DNA from: Antedon mediterranea
Lineage: Eukaryota > Animalia > Echinodermata
DNA length: 64,000 bases
Reading direction: 5' to 3'
Assembly (NCBI RefSeq): GCF_964355755.1
Contig: NC_092679.1
Span: 18,769,432 to 18,833,431 of the forward strand
The notes beneath the pieces are model-generated. The model was given only the letters and a program-made list of their open reading frames with translations, was not told the origin of the DNA and did no database searches. Position 1 is the stretch's first letter. Each line of letters begins with the position of its first letter. Of this stretch, positions 22,717 to 37,700 are shown one piece after another. The position numbers and the translations under genes are program-made.

Positions 22717-25700
22717 CTGTAAAATATAGAAATATATTTACATAATAACTAGAATTATTATTATTTATTTATTAAACTATGAATTGAGATAATTTTGACT
22801 ATTTTTTAGCCCTTTCCGTGATAAATTACGTTTATACAGTACTTATGATTATGCTTATAATTTATTTTAGGTAAATACTGTAAAAGGAAAGAAATACATG
22901 GCTAAATTGTTGAATAGGCCAATTTATTGCCATATAGTTATTCACGTTGATAAAGTTGTTTTTAACATACCGTGTACCATGTATATGGAGTACACAATTT
23001 CTTCACTCAACGAATCTCCTTTGGTCAAATTTTAAATTGAATGAGTGGGCAATGATTATAAATACAAGAGAAACCTTTTTCTACACTATCAAACTAGTTT
23101 GACAAAAAAATTGTGATGTGCCCGAATATGGTAGTGATATGCCCAAATATGGTAGTGATATGACAACATCATGTCCCTATATGGGTACATCACATTTTTT
23201 GTCACATAAAGTTTTATAGTGTAGACAGAGATTTATACTAACCTTTTGTCTGAATGGCCAAGGAAGAAGAGCATCGTAGTCCCCTTTCATAACAACGAAA
23301 AAAAGAGAAACATGCGAACCCTTTCCCATACCATCTCCGTTTAGATACACTCTTGCGCACATCTTGTATCCGAAACGACTGGTGTAGAATGGCTGGCTGT
23401 AAAGCGACAATGTCTTTCCCGAATCGGCATCACGTTTTCGTCTGCTCAAGTCTTTTATTTTCCAAATGAGAACGCCATCGTAACTGGCCGTTTCCAAAAT
23501 CTGAAATCTTAAATCCTGTTCTGCCAAGCGAATGGAGTGTAGTCCCACATCTTTGTCTAGTGTTGTAATTCGACTGTGAAAGTTATCTGCAAATAAATTA
23601 TAAAAGTTAAGTTTTGTATACTGGAGGTGAAAGACAAAGTTATTAGTTAACTATAATATATTGTAAAATGTGAAACACAATTGCTTCTGACAGATCAAAT
23701 CTACCGTAAATCTTCTAATAGTAACCCACACTCTAATAGTAACCCTTCTTCTAATAGTAACCCACCTTATAAGTCAATCTATAATAATAACCCACTACTC
23801 TAAGACACAAAAACTTATGATGCAGCCGTATTTTGAAAAAAAAGGAGATAATGCATGTTGATCTCAGGAGTGGGGGAGGATTGAGTGTTTTTGAGTTTAT
23901 AAAATAAAGCTAGAATTCAACCAAATTTATTTATTCGTACTTAGTATCCCTAAATTAGCCATATATTGAGCAAATCTGTGAAAAAATTTAAAAGAAGCTA
24001 ATTTCAACTGATTTTGGTAGGTATGGGTATGGACAACTACCAAAAAAAAAAGAAGGGAAGATAGGGGCTGGGGAAATTTTTTTATCGGAGGTCAAAGTTC
24101 ATTGACCATTGCCAAATAGCTATAATTATTGTATGAATCATATTTCGTCACCAGAAAAGTTAATGTTTTGGGGATTTTTGTTAATTTAAAAAAAAACCAA
24201 TCACTAATAATAGCACATGTTCATGATAGAATAAATACTTTTGACCTTTGACCTCATTTTTTAAGTTTTTTGTTTTTCTTCCAAGTTTTTCTTCCAAGTT
24301 TTCTTCCTTTTTTTTCCTGCATATTTTAATATCAATATACCATTATGTTGCTGAAATATCAATTATATGCCATTTTATGTAGAAAATTTGACTTTTTGAC
24401 CTTTGACCTCATTTTTAGTGGTCATGATTTGATCCAAAGACATGACTTCTATTTTAAGTGTTATTCCTTTTTTAATTCTGCACATTTTGACACCAATTTT
24501 ACTCAGATACCATATTCTGGTGACGAAATATGATTCATACAATAATTATAACTATTTGGCAATGGTCAATGAACTTTCACCTCCGATAAAAAAATTTCCC
24601 CAGCCCCTATCTCCCCTTCTTTTTTTTTGGTAGTTGTCCATACCCATACCTACCAAAATCAGTTGAAATTTGCTTCTTTTAAATTTTTTCACAGCTAAAC
24701 CTTTAGTTAGGGATACTAACTGTTTTATTATTTTGCTATGACTCATGAGTTGCTGACCGGAAAAGTTGGGGGTGGGCTACTATTTTCAGGTGCCTAATTT
24801 AAGATTAGTAATAGTAACCCACTACTCTAATAGCAACCCGCCTTCTAATAGTAACCCACCCTAAAAAATAATTAAAGAATAATAACCCAGATTTACAATT
24901 AACGTATATGCACCAAAAATATTTTCAGTAGAGTACATTACTATTGTAAGGGACCAAATTAAATTTATTCTACTGCACTTGTTTAGCTGGTTTATGGAGT
25001 TATTTCGCAAGTAGAATAATGTAATTGTTATATAATCCCAAACTATAACAATACTCACTTAATTGTGCAGCCCCAATATTAGATGCTCCACCTCCTCCAA
25101 CTGGCACTGAAAACCTGGTCTCTTCAAGAATTTGAACTTTTGATTCAAGATTTTTTACAGCATCATGTTCACTCAGTAACTTGGCGCTTAATTCGTTAAT
25201 TTCTTCTTTATTCGATGTTGATTGTATCTTTTTTTCCAACTCAGTAATGACGTCCAATCGAGTTGCAAGCATTCTCTGAAAGATTTAGCGACAATATTTG
25301 TTCCATCCTTAAAAAATGACTCAGCCCTCTTGAATTGAAAATAGTTGCACGAATAAAACATTGTTAATTTTTATCAATTTCAAACATAGGTTGAAAAAAG
25401 CAAAATATGATAAAATGTTTCAAATCTACTAGTACCATATATCTTTGGAGATAATACCACTTAGGTTCTAATCCAACCTCTTACTTTATGTCGGATTTGT
25501 CAGGCATATCCCCAGGTATAGTCCCAGTATTAACTTTTGGTCTGGATGTAGGCCTCTCTCCAGCCAGTTCAGGTGAGTGTTTACAAGAAATGCTTACCAA
25601 TCATTTTTTTTAAAGAAACAGGCTTTCCCCGGATATAGTCCCATCCCCCAAAGTCGGTCTAATTTCTTGTTCTAGGTGGGATTATACCAGAGAATATACA

Positions 25701-28700
25701 GTAGTATGGTGCTTACAATTTTGTAATAATCAAAATGTAATTAGTCACACCTGTGCTAGTGCACATGTAAAGAATTTGGGTTATCAACAATCCAAACAAT
25801 TTTAAGACTCAAATTTACCATAAGAGTCCAGTACTGATTGATCGACCAAATCATATTTTCACAATTAGATTTTCTGGTCATCGAAAAGATAATCTGATAG
25901 CTAAATTTAAAAGTTATTATGACCTTCTTTGCAAGTTCCTAAAAATCATAAATGGTCCTTATTACAGCTATTTTTTTTATTTGCGACGACCTACGACCTA
26001 TATTACTTATTAATTAACTGTGTGTGGGTGTGTGCGCATAGGGCCAATAAGATGTGCTCATTTGAGTCCTTGATTCAGTTTTTACAGATATTATGTCCAG
26101 CAGAGCAATATAGTGATAGGTCCTCGCAACTCTTATTATTAAATCAATGATCACAATATATATATATTGGTATGTGACATCACAATATAATATATAATTG
26201 TTCATGCAAGTATGGAATTCAATGCAATTAGACAATTAAATCTATATTATTAATATATACCTCCATTGAGCAACAATGAAAAATACACTGTCAATCCTAA
26301 ACTGGAAACAAACCAGAATTTTGAATTCACGCAATTTCAATATCATTATTAAATTTTGATTTCATATGTAAGGTATGACAGTGCTTTTTCAATGTATTTT
26401 TAAATTCAAAAAAGGCATTTCCATTCGTAATTTTAGCACACAAAAAAAAGTGTTTTTTCCTCATAAAATTAAAATAATCAATGCAATTTTTGTTAGTAAA
26501 TTAGAAAATGTAAAAATAACCAATTAAACTTTACTCAAAGTTTTCTGTCATGGCACACGTTATCCACTTTCTCCAGAAAATAATGGTTATTATTCAGAAA
26601 ATGTATAGTATCTGTTCCCATGTTTCAGCATTTGCCTCCTTGCCAAAGTTAAGCCTTAGTTTTTTAAATATCTTAAAAGAATATCGTACTGCATTTGTGC
26701 CATGTTGATCTCAAGATTTGATTTAGCGATTAGCTTACTTTGATTGTAGATAATTTAATTCGTTGACATCTGATGTAGGAAATAGACTTCTGTTCTGAGA
26801 GCTATTCACATCTGTAACTACAGTACCTTCTTGTGTATTAGCTTTTTAAACAAGGCAATTTGGAAGAAAAAGACTAAACTTGTTCTACTACTATCCAGTA
26901 CTGATTAGGTTAGTTACATTACAAATAAACGTAACAGAACTAATTTTAGTTGGATTATATTTCAATAAAAACAAAGTATTGTTAGACAATAGGCACCTGG
27001 AGATTTTGTAGTAGTTTTTCATTTTTCATACACTTTTCTTTGGTTTCTCTTAGTTCTTTGTCGGTCACTTCATACTTTGTTTCCATCAAGCTCATTTTGC
27101 CTTGTAAGTCTGTTACCAATCGCACAGCCTCAGCATATTTCATCTCCAACTGGGTAGTGTGTTTTGAAACCATCTCTAAATGAATTTCAGAAAATTCGCT
27201 CATATGGCTTTTCATTAGCTTGAGGACACCCTGGTATGAAAATACAAACAGTTCATTAGGAATTTAACAATTGCTCTTTTTAATATATATAAATAATTAA
27301 ATACATTAAATTGACCAAAATTAGTAAAATATTTTAGTATTCTAGTTATATTGAGTTTTATCTGTTAAAATATTGTGTCCCAAAAACATGAAAATGAAGT
27401 TAAATAAAATCAAACTTTAAATAGGCTATTTTGTAATTTGAATTTTGTTTTCATTTAAAAAATAACAAAATAAATGTTTAAATTCAACCAAAAACCCACT
27501 GGCAGCCAATTTTACTATTTTTTGCTTTAAATTAGTTTTTTTCAACTATTTTGTGGTATTAAAATGGAACATATTTTTTCAGGGGGACAATACATCTTTA
27601 ACCATGACATGACTTTACTTTCAATTTACATATTTATATTATAACAATAAAATCATTATCATCAACAAATTCATTAATTGATAACAATCAAGTCTTATTT
27701 ATCAACTGCCAAAAAAAGGGTTACAATCATCATTATCACCAACAAATTCATTAATTGATAACAATCAAGTCTTATTTATCAACTGCCAAAAAAAAGGTTA
27801 CCATCATCATCATCATCATCAACAAATTCATTAATTGATAACAATCAAATCATACAACAAAAGAAATCCTCATTATCAAAATCAACACTAATCAAAATCA
27901 TTCAGAATAACATCACCAACACAAGCAATTAGGGAATTTTCGCAGGAGTGCGTAAACGTTAACTTAACGGTGACATCAACATTATACTAATTTGCATAAC
28001 AGCTACTTTCAAGAAATAATGTTCTCGACATACGTAACTAAAGCTTTCCGTAATGCTTGCGTGTTGCATGTTGGGAAATAGTGTTAAAGTTTACGTGCTT
28101 CTGCGAAACTCCTTATTATCTCAAAATCTGTATTCTTCAACGATCCTTTTAACATTGTTATATATGATCAGCCACCTACAGTATGTCGTCTGTTATCTGT
28201 TCGTCTTTCCCATTTCTTTTACAAACCGGCAAAACAACGAAAGACTTACGTTACACTTTTACAGCTCTATCCATCGTCGATCTAACACAAGACTTTTCCA
28301 ACATTTCTGACTAAAGCAATTCACTTTTATTCAACAACCATTCAAATAATTCAATAATATTTCTGGTCATAGCTTAACAACACAAAAACATTGTTTAATA
28401 ACAAATTGATCACTTTCAAGAGCTTTTTCCAACTTCAACACAAGCTGCTTTTTCATTCAACTCGATAAGCAAGAAAAAAAAAACATTTGAAACGAATCAA
28501 TTTCTGTTTTTTTAAACAATTCTTTCATGTCATTCTTTTTCTTCTCAATTACAAACAAAATTCAAACACGAAAAATCAGTGTCAATCTACAATCAGAGGG
28601 TTAAAATACAATATGATTAAATTAAAAAAAATAATAATACTGCAGGTTAAACAAAGTTTTAATGGCCAGGCATTGGAGGTACATTTTATAAATTTGCTTT

Positions 28701-31700
28701 GAGTTAACTAAAAGAAACATCACAATTGATAAAGCATAAAGCAATCTGTAATATTTTGATATTTATGCTTAAATTTGTTCATGACACGCCAAATATAGCT
28801 TTGGATACTAACTGTTCAAACACAGGCCAACCCTTACCTTAAATTCACATCCGTATATATAATACTTGCAGGTTAACCACGCTTCAGTGCAAGTGTTTTT
28901 CAAATGTTCTTCAAGCTGTGAAAATAGTACAAATGCATTTTACCTCTTACAATAACAAAATTCAGTAAATATAATAGTTCCCAAATATTGACAGAATACA
29001 AACAATTGAACTGTTGTAACCTTCTAATCCTCAGTCCTTTGTTATTATTCTGTTCAACCATAAAATATTCTTCCCCTACTAAAATATATTTACCAAGGAC
29101 ATGCATCCAGATTATCAAAAAGAAATCATCAGTTACTATTTGATCAACTAATCTTTAAGTTCAATGTTATTTTTTTAATGAAGCTGGAAATAAATGCAGT
29201 ATACGAAAAAACTAGATAATTTCCTGGCTCTATAAATAGATCGTCCAAAATAATCTGGAAAATCCAAGTTTATATGCAGATTGAAAGATGTTACGGTTCA
29301 ATGGATAAAATCGATATGGTTGAAAGGGAACGCTTAGTGGCATTATATTACAATGGTATGTTTATATAATACTGTACTAAAAATGCAGTGCATGAAAATT
29401 TAAATATTCGATTAAACCATTAAACCAATTAGGGTAGATAACAAATACAAAAAAAATCTAATAAGATACATTATTAAGGGATCATGTCAAATTCTTTATA
29501 CAATTATCTATCAAGCTCTTTTTTGTTATTTTCAGTAACTGAATCATAAATGTCTACATTGAACAAAGCTAAACTCATTTGCTTGGCAGTACAAAATGTA
29601 GTTACTGCAGTAACTGGAATAGAATAATAATGTCCCTTAAGGTCTCGAAATAATTAAAAGTCATCACATTTGGAAATTTCCAAGACATCACTGATTCAGA
29701 TTCAGATAATATTTATTTAGATAATAATGAATGAATATATACAAAATAGAAAAAAGATATTAAAGTGAACATAGATAAAGCAGTAATTGGTAGTCATTAT
29801 TATCATGGATCCCTTCTAGAAGTTAAAAACTTGTCTCGTAGGGACCCATAACAAAACACATTACTAAAAAAATAAAAAATAACCTAGAATATATAATTAT
29901 AAAATTTAGGATAAAAAATTACAGTATAACAACATAACTAACATCTTCTTTATAAAAATTATTTAAATTATATTTCAATAGTTTCATGATAATTATAAAT
30001 GAAATAACTACCGATATTGGTAAATGAAAAAAAAAATATGTATACTTAATTATAATTCCAGTATATATATAGTATATACTATATATACATTATATATAGT
30101 ATAGATTAAAGATTGCAATAATAAACAACAACTAATATTTTGTGTAAGACATAAATAGTATATGAGTATAAATAATGATAATAAGCATATTAACTAAGCA
30201 GTATAATATTTAGATATATAATGATTCTTTAACTTTTTTCGGAAAGTAAATAATGATATTGACGTTTTGATATTTGGTGGGATATGATTCCACAAATTAG
30301 GACCTGATATAGTTATAAAAAATTTAGTTTTTGTAAGTCTAGCAAAAGGAATGTTTAAATGAGAAGTTCTTAAATTGTAATTGTGAAATTTGGTACGTTT
30401 ACAGAGCATATCAATCATAGAAATAGGAAGTTGGTTTTTAAAATAATTAAACATAAAACTGGCAACTTGAACATTGTGGATATCCGTTAATTTTAATATA
30501 CCAAGACGTTTAAAAAGGGGTTCAGATGAGGTTCTATATGGTGAAAAAGTAATAATTCTAGCTGCACGTTTTTGTAATTTAGTTAATCTAGCAATATTAG
30601 AAGAGTAATCTGCAGCCCAAATAATGTTACAATACTGGAAATAAGGAAGTACAAGTGTGTTATAAAGAGAAATTAAAATATTTAGAGGGAAGAAGTGCTT
30701 AAGTCTGTTAATAATACTAATAGATCTTGATATTTTTTTCGAAACGTAATTTTGATGACTGGTCCATTTGAGGTTTTCATGAATATATACACCTAAAAAA
30801 AGTGTTTCAGTTTTGCGTTCAATTTGAATTCCGCCAAGAAGTATATTTAGGTCATCAACTTTTAGTTTACGTTGAGAATTGTGAAAAATTAAATAATTTG
30901 TTTTAAGAGTATTAATAAGTAATTTGTTTGAAATAAACCAGTCACAAAATTTTGTTAATTCATCATTGAATGTAGTAAATAATAAATCAATATTGGAATT
31001 AGAGTAAAATAAGGTGGTGTCGTCGGCGAAGGATATTACTTGCAATTTGTTACTGACATTAGCCAGATCATTAACATAAATAAGGAAGAGCAATGGCCCA
31101 AGCACTAAGGCAGATGTGAAACATTTATAGTATTTCCAGACTGAATGCATGAGCCAGAGAAAGGAATACGTTGATAGGCTCATCAAGTCATCATTCATGC
31201 AAAATTTATTCAAATATTATTATTTAACTTTTCTGAATTTTAAATAGATTCCTAGATAAAAATCAAGATTGTATAAAGCTCTGTCTACACTATCAAACTT
31301 TGTGACAACAAATTTGATATACCCATATATGGGCATTATGTCATCATCATTACCATATTTGGGTTTATCACTACCATATTTAAGCACATCACACTTTTTT
31401 TGTCAAACTAGTTTGATAGTGTAGACAGACCTTTATACTTAAATGTAATTAATTCATAACTATTTTGCATCACATGTAATTACAGTATAACTATATTTTT
31501 GTAATAAAGTTTTTTGTAGACAACAAAAAGTCTGACACCAACCCTCACACCGAGATGAGATCATACAGAGTCAGTTAGAGAATACACACTTAAACCTGAA
31601 TTATAACTTACTTTATTCTGTGGAATATTTGTTACGCCACACCTGTTTGGGCAATCGACTGGTTGCATTTTGCACGAATTTTCATGATCCTAAGAAATAA

Positions 31701-34700
31701 AATATAAAGAAAATAAATACACTAGGTGATATGCTGAATCTCGTAAGCACAGAAAATTCAACACATCATTTGGTTAAATTTTGTGTTGGGCTTAAAACGC
31801 AAAGGACAAAATATACCATAGTTGATCGGCCTAGCCTTCAAACATACAACATTTTTGCATGAACTTTACATAAATTGGTAATAGGTGTTAAAATTAATTA
31901 GAAGTATTATACTTTTGGAAGTGTAAAGCAGTAAATACTGTATACCTATATACCGTATATCCTCCGGTATAATCCCACTCCTTACTTTATGTCTGATTTT
32001 ACAAACAAGCATATCCCCAGGTATAGTCCCAGTATTGACTTTTGGTTTGGATGTAGGCCTCTCTCTACCCAGTTCAGATAAGTTTTTACAAGATATGCTT
32101 ACCAATCATTTTTTTTCCTGAACCAGGCGTTCTCCGGGTATAGTCCCACCTCCAAAGTCAGCCCAAATTAATGTTCTAGAGGAAGGGAATATACCAGAGG
32201 ATATACGGTAACCGAATATAGTCCGAGGGCTATCCAATTTTAGAAATATTAAGTAACAAGTTAAATCAAATTGTTTGATAAATCAGATAAAACTTAAACA
32301 CACACTTTCTCTGCTATAGTTTAATTAAGTCAGTCAGTGCATTTTCCATAGCCAATTTTCCACATCAGTTGAATGTTCTATTTTTGGCGATGACAAAACA
32401 TTAACCAATGGTAGGACGCCAACACTACAGACATTATAATTAAGGCTGGTTGAGCCGCACCAGATTTGAAAGTCTGAGTGTATAATCATGTGCAGTACTA
32501 CTAGTAGTTGCACACACGAGGAGAAAGAGATAAAATAGTCTAATTAATTATCAGTGAATACTCAAATGGGCATCATGTTCCTGTGTGTCTATGTTTTAAG
32601 CTGATACTATGTTGTTTAAATGAGCTTTGAAGTTGATATTATTTTGGTTTAGCAGAGGGTGAGTTGCAATTATGCTATATTTCAATAATCAAACAAAGGG
32701 CATTTTCTCGTTCTCACAGATTTTATCAATGTTTAAAAATTATGGGTTTTTTTTTTATGTTAAGGTTAGGCTTGATATTTTGAATGATATAGTTCAGGTT
32801 TATAATGGACTCTTGCCAACAGGTTTTCTGGAATTCTCTCTGAGGTTCTCTTTCATAAGTGATGGTATTTACATTTATTGAATGACGTATTGTCTGAATA
32901 ATTAATGAGCAATAATACATTTCAGTCATCGTATTCAATTACAGTATATCGTCACAACAACAAAACACTAGGGGTCATGTCAGTACATCATTTAATTTAC
33001 TTTGTTCTCTGGCTGACAGTTTTTATAGAATTCTACTATAATCTCTATTATAATTGATGTTATTTACATCTATTGAATGTATTGTCTGAATAATTATTGA
33101 GCAATAATATCTAGTTTGGTCAATATACTCAATTAAAATATATCGTCACAACAACAAAACACTAGGGGTCATGTCAGGACATTAATGATTATCAACAAGG
33201 AAGTATTTATATCAACCAATACTGTAGCTTCTTAGATTTGAGCATGGCATTCAACAAATAACTGATCAGAACGCTTGATACATCCACATATATCAACCAA
33301 TACTGTAGCTTCTTAGATTTGAGCATGGCATTCAACAAATCAGAACGCTTGTTACACCCACATAACTAGAAATCAGGACACGTGACTTGCTGTAACACGT
33401 GACTACATACATGTGCGTTTAACTATTGAGTTAGAGTAATACAGCGGCAAAAGGCAGTTAGCCATGTTGCATGATGGAAATAACCAGAAACAAAAACCTA
33501 TTTTGGTGATCTGTTGGCAGTTGGCAATGTTACTCTTAGGCAAGTACATTTAGTATTACTGTTTATGTTATTTATAAACTAGTCTTCATTTTATAATTAA
33601 AGGGCAATTATTTAATTTGGTCATCATGAAATTATGCTGTATGTATAAGCATAGAGATATTATCACTTTAATATCTCTATGGTATCAGTATACAAAGGGT
33701 TGTTTGATATAAATTACATACATACAGTAGAACCAATTATGGGGAAATATTTAGGACCAAACAAAATGTCCCTTAGTAATCCACAGAAGGGGTTCTAACT
33801 GTACTTTATCTGTTATTGTGCTATTCCAAGCTGTACAGTACTTTTACAAAGGTGGCTGTTTGATAAATAAAAACCATCAAAACAAATAACTTTATGTGAA
33901 TTGAACGCAAATATGTTAGTGTTTAAATTGATGTTGTTTGTCAATACAGTGATTCTGAGAATTTGATTTTTATAAATTGTAATAGCAACCATGTATATGG
34001 TTCTCTCTCATAAGTGATGTAATTTACATTTATTAAATCTATTGTCTGAATAATTGAGCAATAATATCTAGTTCAGTCATCGTATTCAATTAAAGTGTAT
34101 TGTAACAACAACAAAACACTAGGGGTCATGTCAGGACATTAATGATGATTAATAAGGAATTATTTATATCCAAGACAGTGACATGTGCGTTTAGCCATTC
34201 AGTTTTAAAGCAATGCAACAGCAAGTAGTGATTTTACACTGGGAATAACCTGAAAAATATTTATATCTACCAATAGCTATATGGCAGAAATGAACAAATC
34301 AGAAGACTTTATTAGAGACAGTGACAGGCAATATGTACTTGCTATAACCATGTGCGTTTAGCCATGTTGAGTTTCAGCAAATAAACAGCAACAGGCAGTA
34401 GTGATCTGCATGGTGGAAATAACCTGAAATATATTGATATCTATAGCTGTTTAGATTTGAGCATGGCAGAAATGAACAAATCAGAAGGCTTGAAAGATAG
34501 AAAAACATGGCTGAGACAGTGACAGGCAATATGTACTTGCTAGAACCATGCGAGTTTATCCATGTTGAGTTTCAACAAAAAAACAGCAACAAGCAGTAGC
34601 CATTTTACATGATGGAAATAACCAGAAAAACAAAAATGTATTATGGTGATCTGTTAGTTGGCAATAGTACTATTAAGCAGGTCTGTAAGTAGAGTAGTAT

Positions 34701-37700
34701 TTATTTATTTGGTGGATGTTTGTAAATAATATAACACACATAATTTTAACACCTTCCTATTGGGGCAGTACAAACCATAAGTTTACCTTTTTCTCTTGCA
34801 TGGTATATTCTTCTCCGCAGTTGATGCATGTAATGACACGAAATTGACAGTCAATTTTTAAATGGTTCATATAATCTTGTCTGGCCATTCTCGCAGTACA
34901 ACCCCTCTCCTTGTGCATACAGTCTATCATTTGAAACGCACATACTTCGAGATGAGACTTTAATTCTTTTAGTTTGAACTCAGATTCACAGCCACTTGGT
35001 TGGTTAGTACAAAAGATTATCATGTTTTCAATTTTTTTACGAGCAAAATGATCTGGATTCATTTCATTTATGTCGATTTCTTCTTCCTTGCAGTTTGGGC
35101 ATTGAAAGATCGGGCCATCTGCCTGCCTAAATATTAAAAAATATATATAACATTTTTTTTAATTAGATTTTTAATTTCTCTGTTCACTTAAATGGAATAT
35201 TTATTCTTTCAAGTGTTAGATAAGAATGTTAACAAACTAACAATCAATTAAACATGGGAGCACTGACATAATGTTAATAGTCTGTCAAAAATAGATATCA
35301 CAAGTGGTATTGAGGGAGGCGGGGGATTCCCCTAATGTTCGATGGAACAAGTGGTATTCAGGGAGGCGGGGGATGTCCCTAATGTTCGATGGAACAAGTG
35401 GTATTCAGGGAGGCAGGGGATTCCCCTAATGTTCGATGGAACAAGTGGTATTCAGGGAGGCCCCCAATGTTCGATGGAAAGAGTGGTATTCAGGGAGGCG
35501 GGGGATGCCCCTAATGTTCGATGGAAAGAGTGGTATTCAGGGAGGGGGCGGGGGATGCCCCTAATGTTCGATGGATGTGGATTTATATTGTAATCACAGG
35601 TATTATTTAGGTATACATTTACACCTCCCTCACTCACTGTAGGTATTTTATAATTGAAGGTTTGTTTTTTTACATTTTTTGTAGTTTATTGTTGTTGTGT
35701 AAGTTTGTGTTTTTCTTAAGGTAAGTTTAAACAGTATGATGAGGAGTATGAACATTCCACACATTGATCTTTCCTATAAACTGTTTATCGGTTTCAAATA
35801 TTACTTTGAATGGGAAACTTTAATACAATAGGCACATTGTATTGACTACAATCATGGCCATTACGCAATGGTAGAATTCTGCAGACTGTATGGTCGTTAA
35901 AATATCATGTTACACATTAATTTATGTCAGACACTTAAAAGGTCAAGGTAAAGTTATTTAACTTTTTATATAGGAACTTAAATATGTAAATGAATTAAAT
36001 GTTTCTCATAAGAATAGTTTTCCCTTTGTGATTGATGTCTATTCAAAAGTACATTGTAATTATATGTCAGTAAATTATGATAGAATTTCTGAAGTGGCTA
36101 GCCGGACATGATATACTTGTTAACAAGCAACCTTTTATAATATTTTTAAAACTTGCTTTCACTTCAATTTAAAGGAAATAATCTGTTGACATCTCAACAT
36201 TAAATATAACATCATTTACCTGGTGGAGCTCAAACAGAGTGTACTGAAGATTTGTGAGTATTGGTAATTTTTAAATACTAATTTGTTTTTTTAAAACATC
36301 TTAACAACAGCTTGGTTAATGTCTAGACAGACTGATGACAAACCTCTATATCTCAACAAATACACTCTTGTATATACCAGCTTGTAATTAATAATTAATA
36401 TTTTTCATTCACATTGTTGGAAGGTATGCCGCATGAATGAATATGGCTGATATTTGTAAAATAATTTGTTGTTAATTAAATTTTCAATATAGTGTTTACT
36501 GTTAATATTTATAGAGTATCACAGTGCTGACGTCACGACAGTGGGTGGCGCTGCGTGGTTGCTAGCGCAGCCAAAAATGCGTTCAACCTGCCTGAGTGAC
36601 TCAAAGGTCACCAATGGTTTGGAATAGGCTTATTGAAGTAGTCATTTTAAAACATAATAATTTTCAATAAAAACAAACTAAAATTTCAAAAGATCACTAA
36701 ATATTTTGTTTTTAATAATCTATTTATTCTTCAACTACAGTTTAAGTTAAAAAAAATCAAGCTAAGATACATAATTTGATAGAAATACAGATCTTTACAG
36801 TTCATCAACATAGTAGCATTGAACACATTTTTTGGTTGGCTAGCAACCATGCAGCGCTCTCTATCGTTGAGACGTCACACCGTGATACTCTATGCATGAT
36901 AATATTTACAGTTAATACAGTACTATGATTTTTCTTTTACGTTTATCGATAGTAAGTTTCATATTTTTATTATCTCTATATTTTCTTTATTGAATATCAA
37001 TTTTCACATTTTTTGTGTATACAGTATAACTTTTACTAACTTTTTAAATAATTGGTTATCCGCAACTTAGTTGCGGATAAAACTTGTGATTGTAAATATC
37101 TTTTTTTTTCATCTTTATTCTTCTCTCTTTCCCGGATTTTTGTTGCAGCTATACCTCAAATGTTTGTAGACATAACTTTGTCATAATATTGACCTGTAGC
37201 TATAGATGTGCAGGAAACTTCGTTATATGACGTTAGAGTCGCGCAGCGCAAGTTACGCACGATTTTATGAATTTCAATGATTGATCATAGATTATAAACC
37301 AAAAGTCATTTTGTATTGACACTTGGTGAATATTTAAGTCATATAAAGGGCAAACTTTCTATGGATTAAAAATGGCATGTTTCACAAGAAGTTACGCGCG
37401 CACGCGCATTTCAAATTTTAGAATGTACAAAATTAATTTCTAATCAACTTTCTACGCTGATCATGACATTTTGTCAAAAATTCCCAGGCGCGCGAACAAT
37501 TTTACGTGCCAGATGCACACGGAGCATGAAAATCATGTGTTTTTCTCTTGAATTATGATTTTACAGTCTTCCCTAGTCATTTAAAAAAGATTGACATCAT
37601 TTCAAATTAAAATGACGTCATATGAACACGTTGATTTAGACCATTTGCGCGTGTTTTAGTTGCAAAAGTGACAAAATATTGTCAAAATTATGCCTATTTT

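Noticed and set aside
31107-31213. N-terminal 36 aa of the 339-aa ORF
   Set aside because: RT homology starts at VLGPLLF; the upstream part is flanking DNA open by chance, so this is not a complete gene
35342-35637. ORFs on both strands
   Set aside because: Translations of the 47-bp minisatellite
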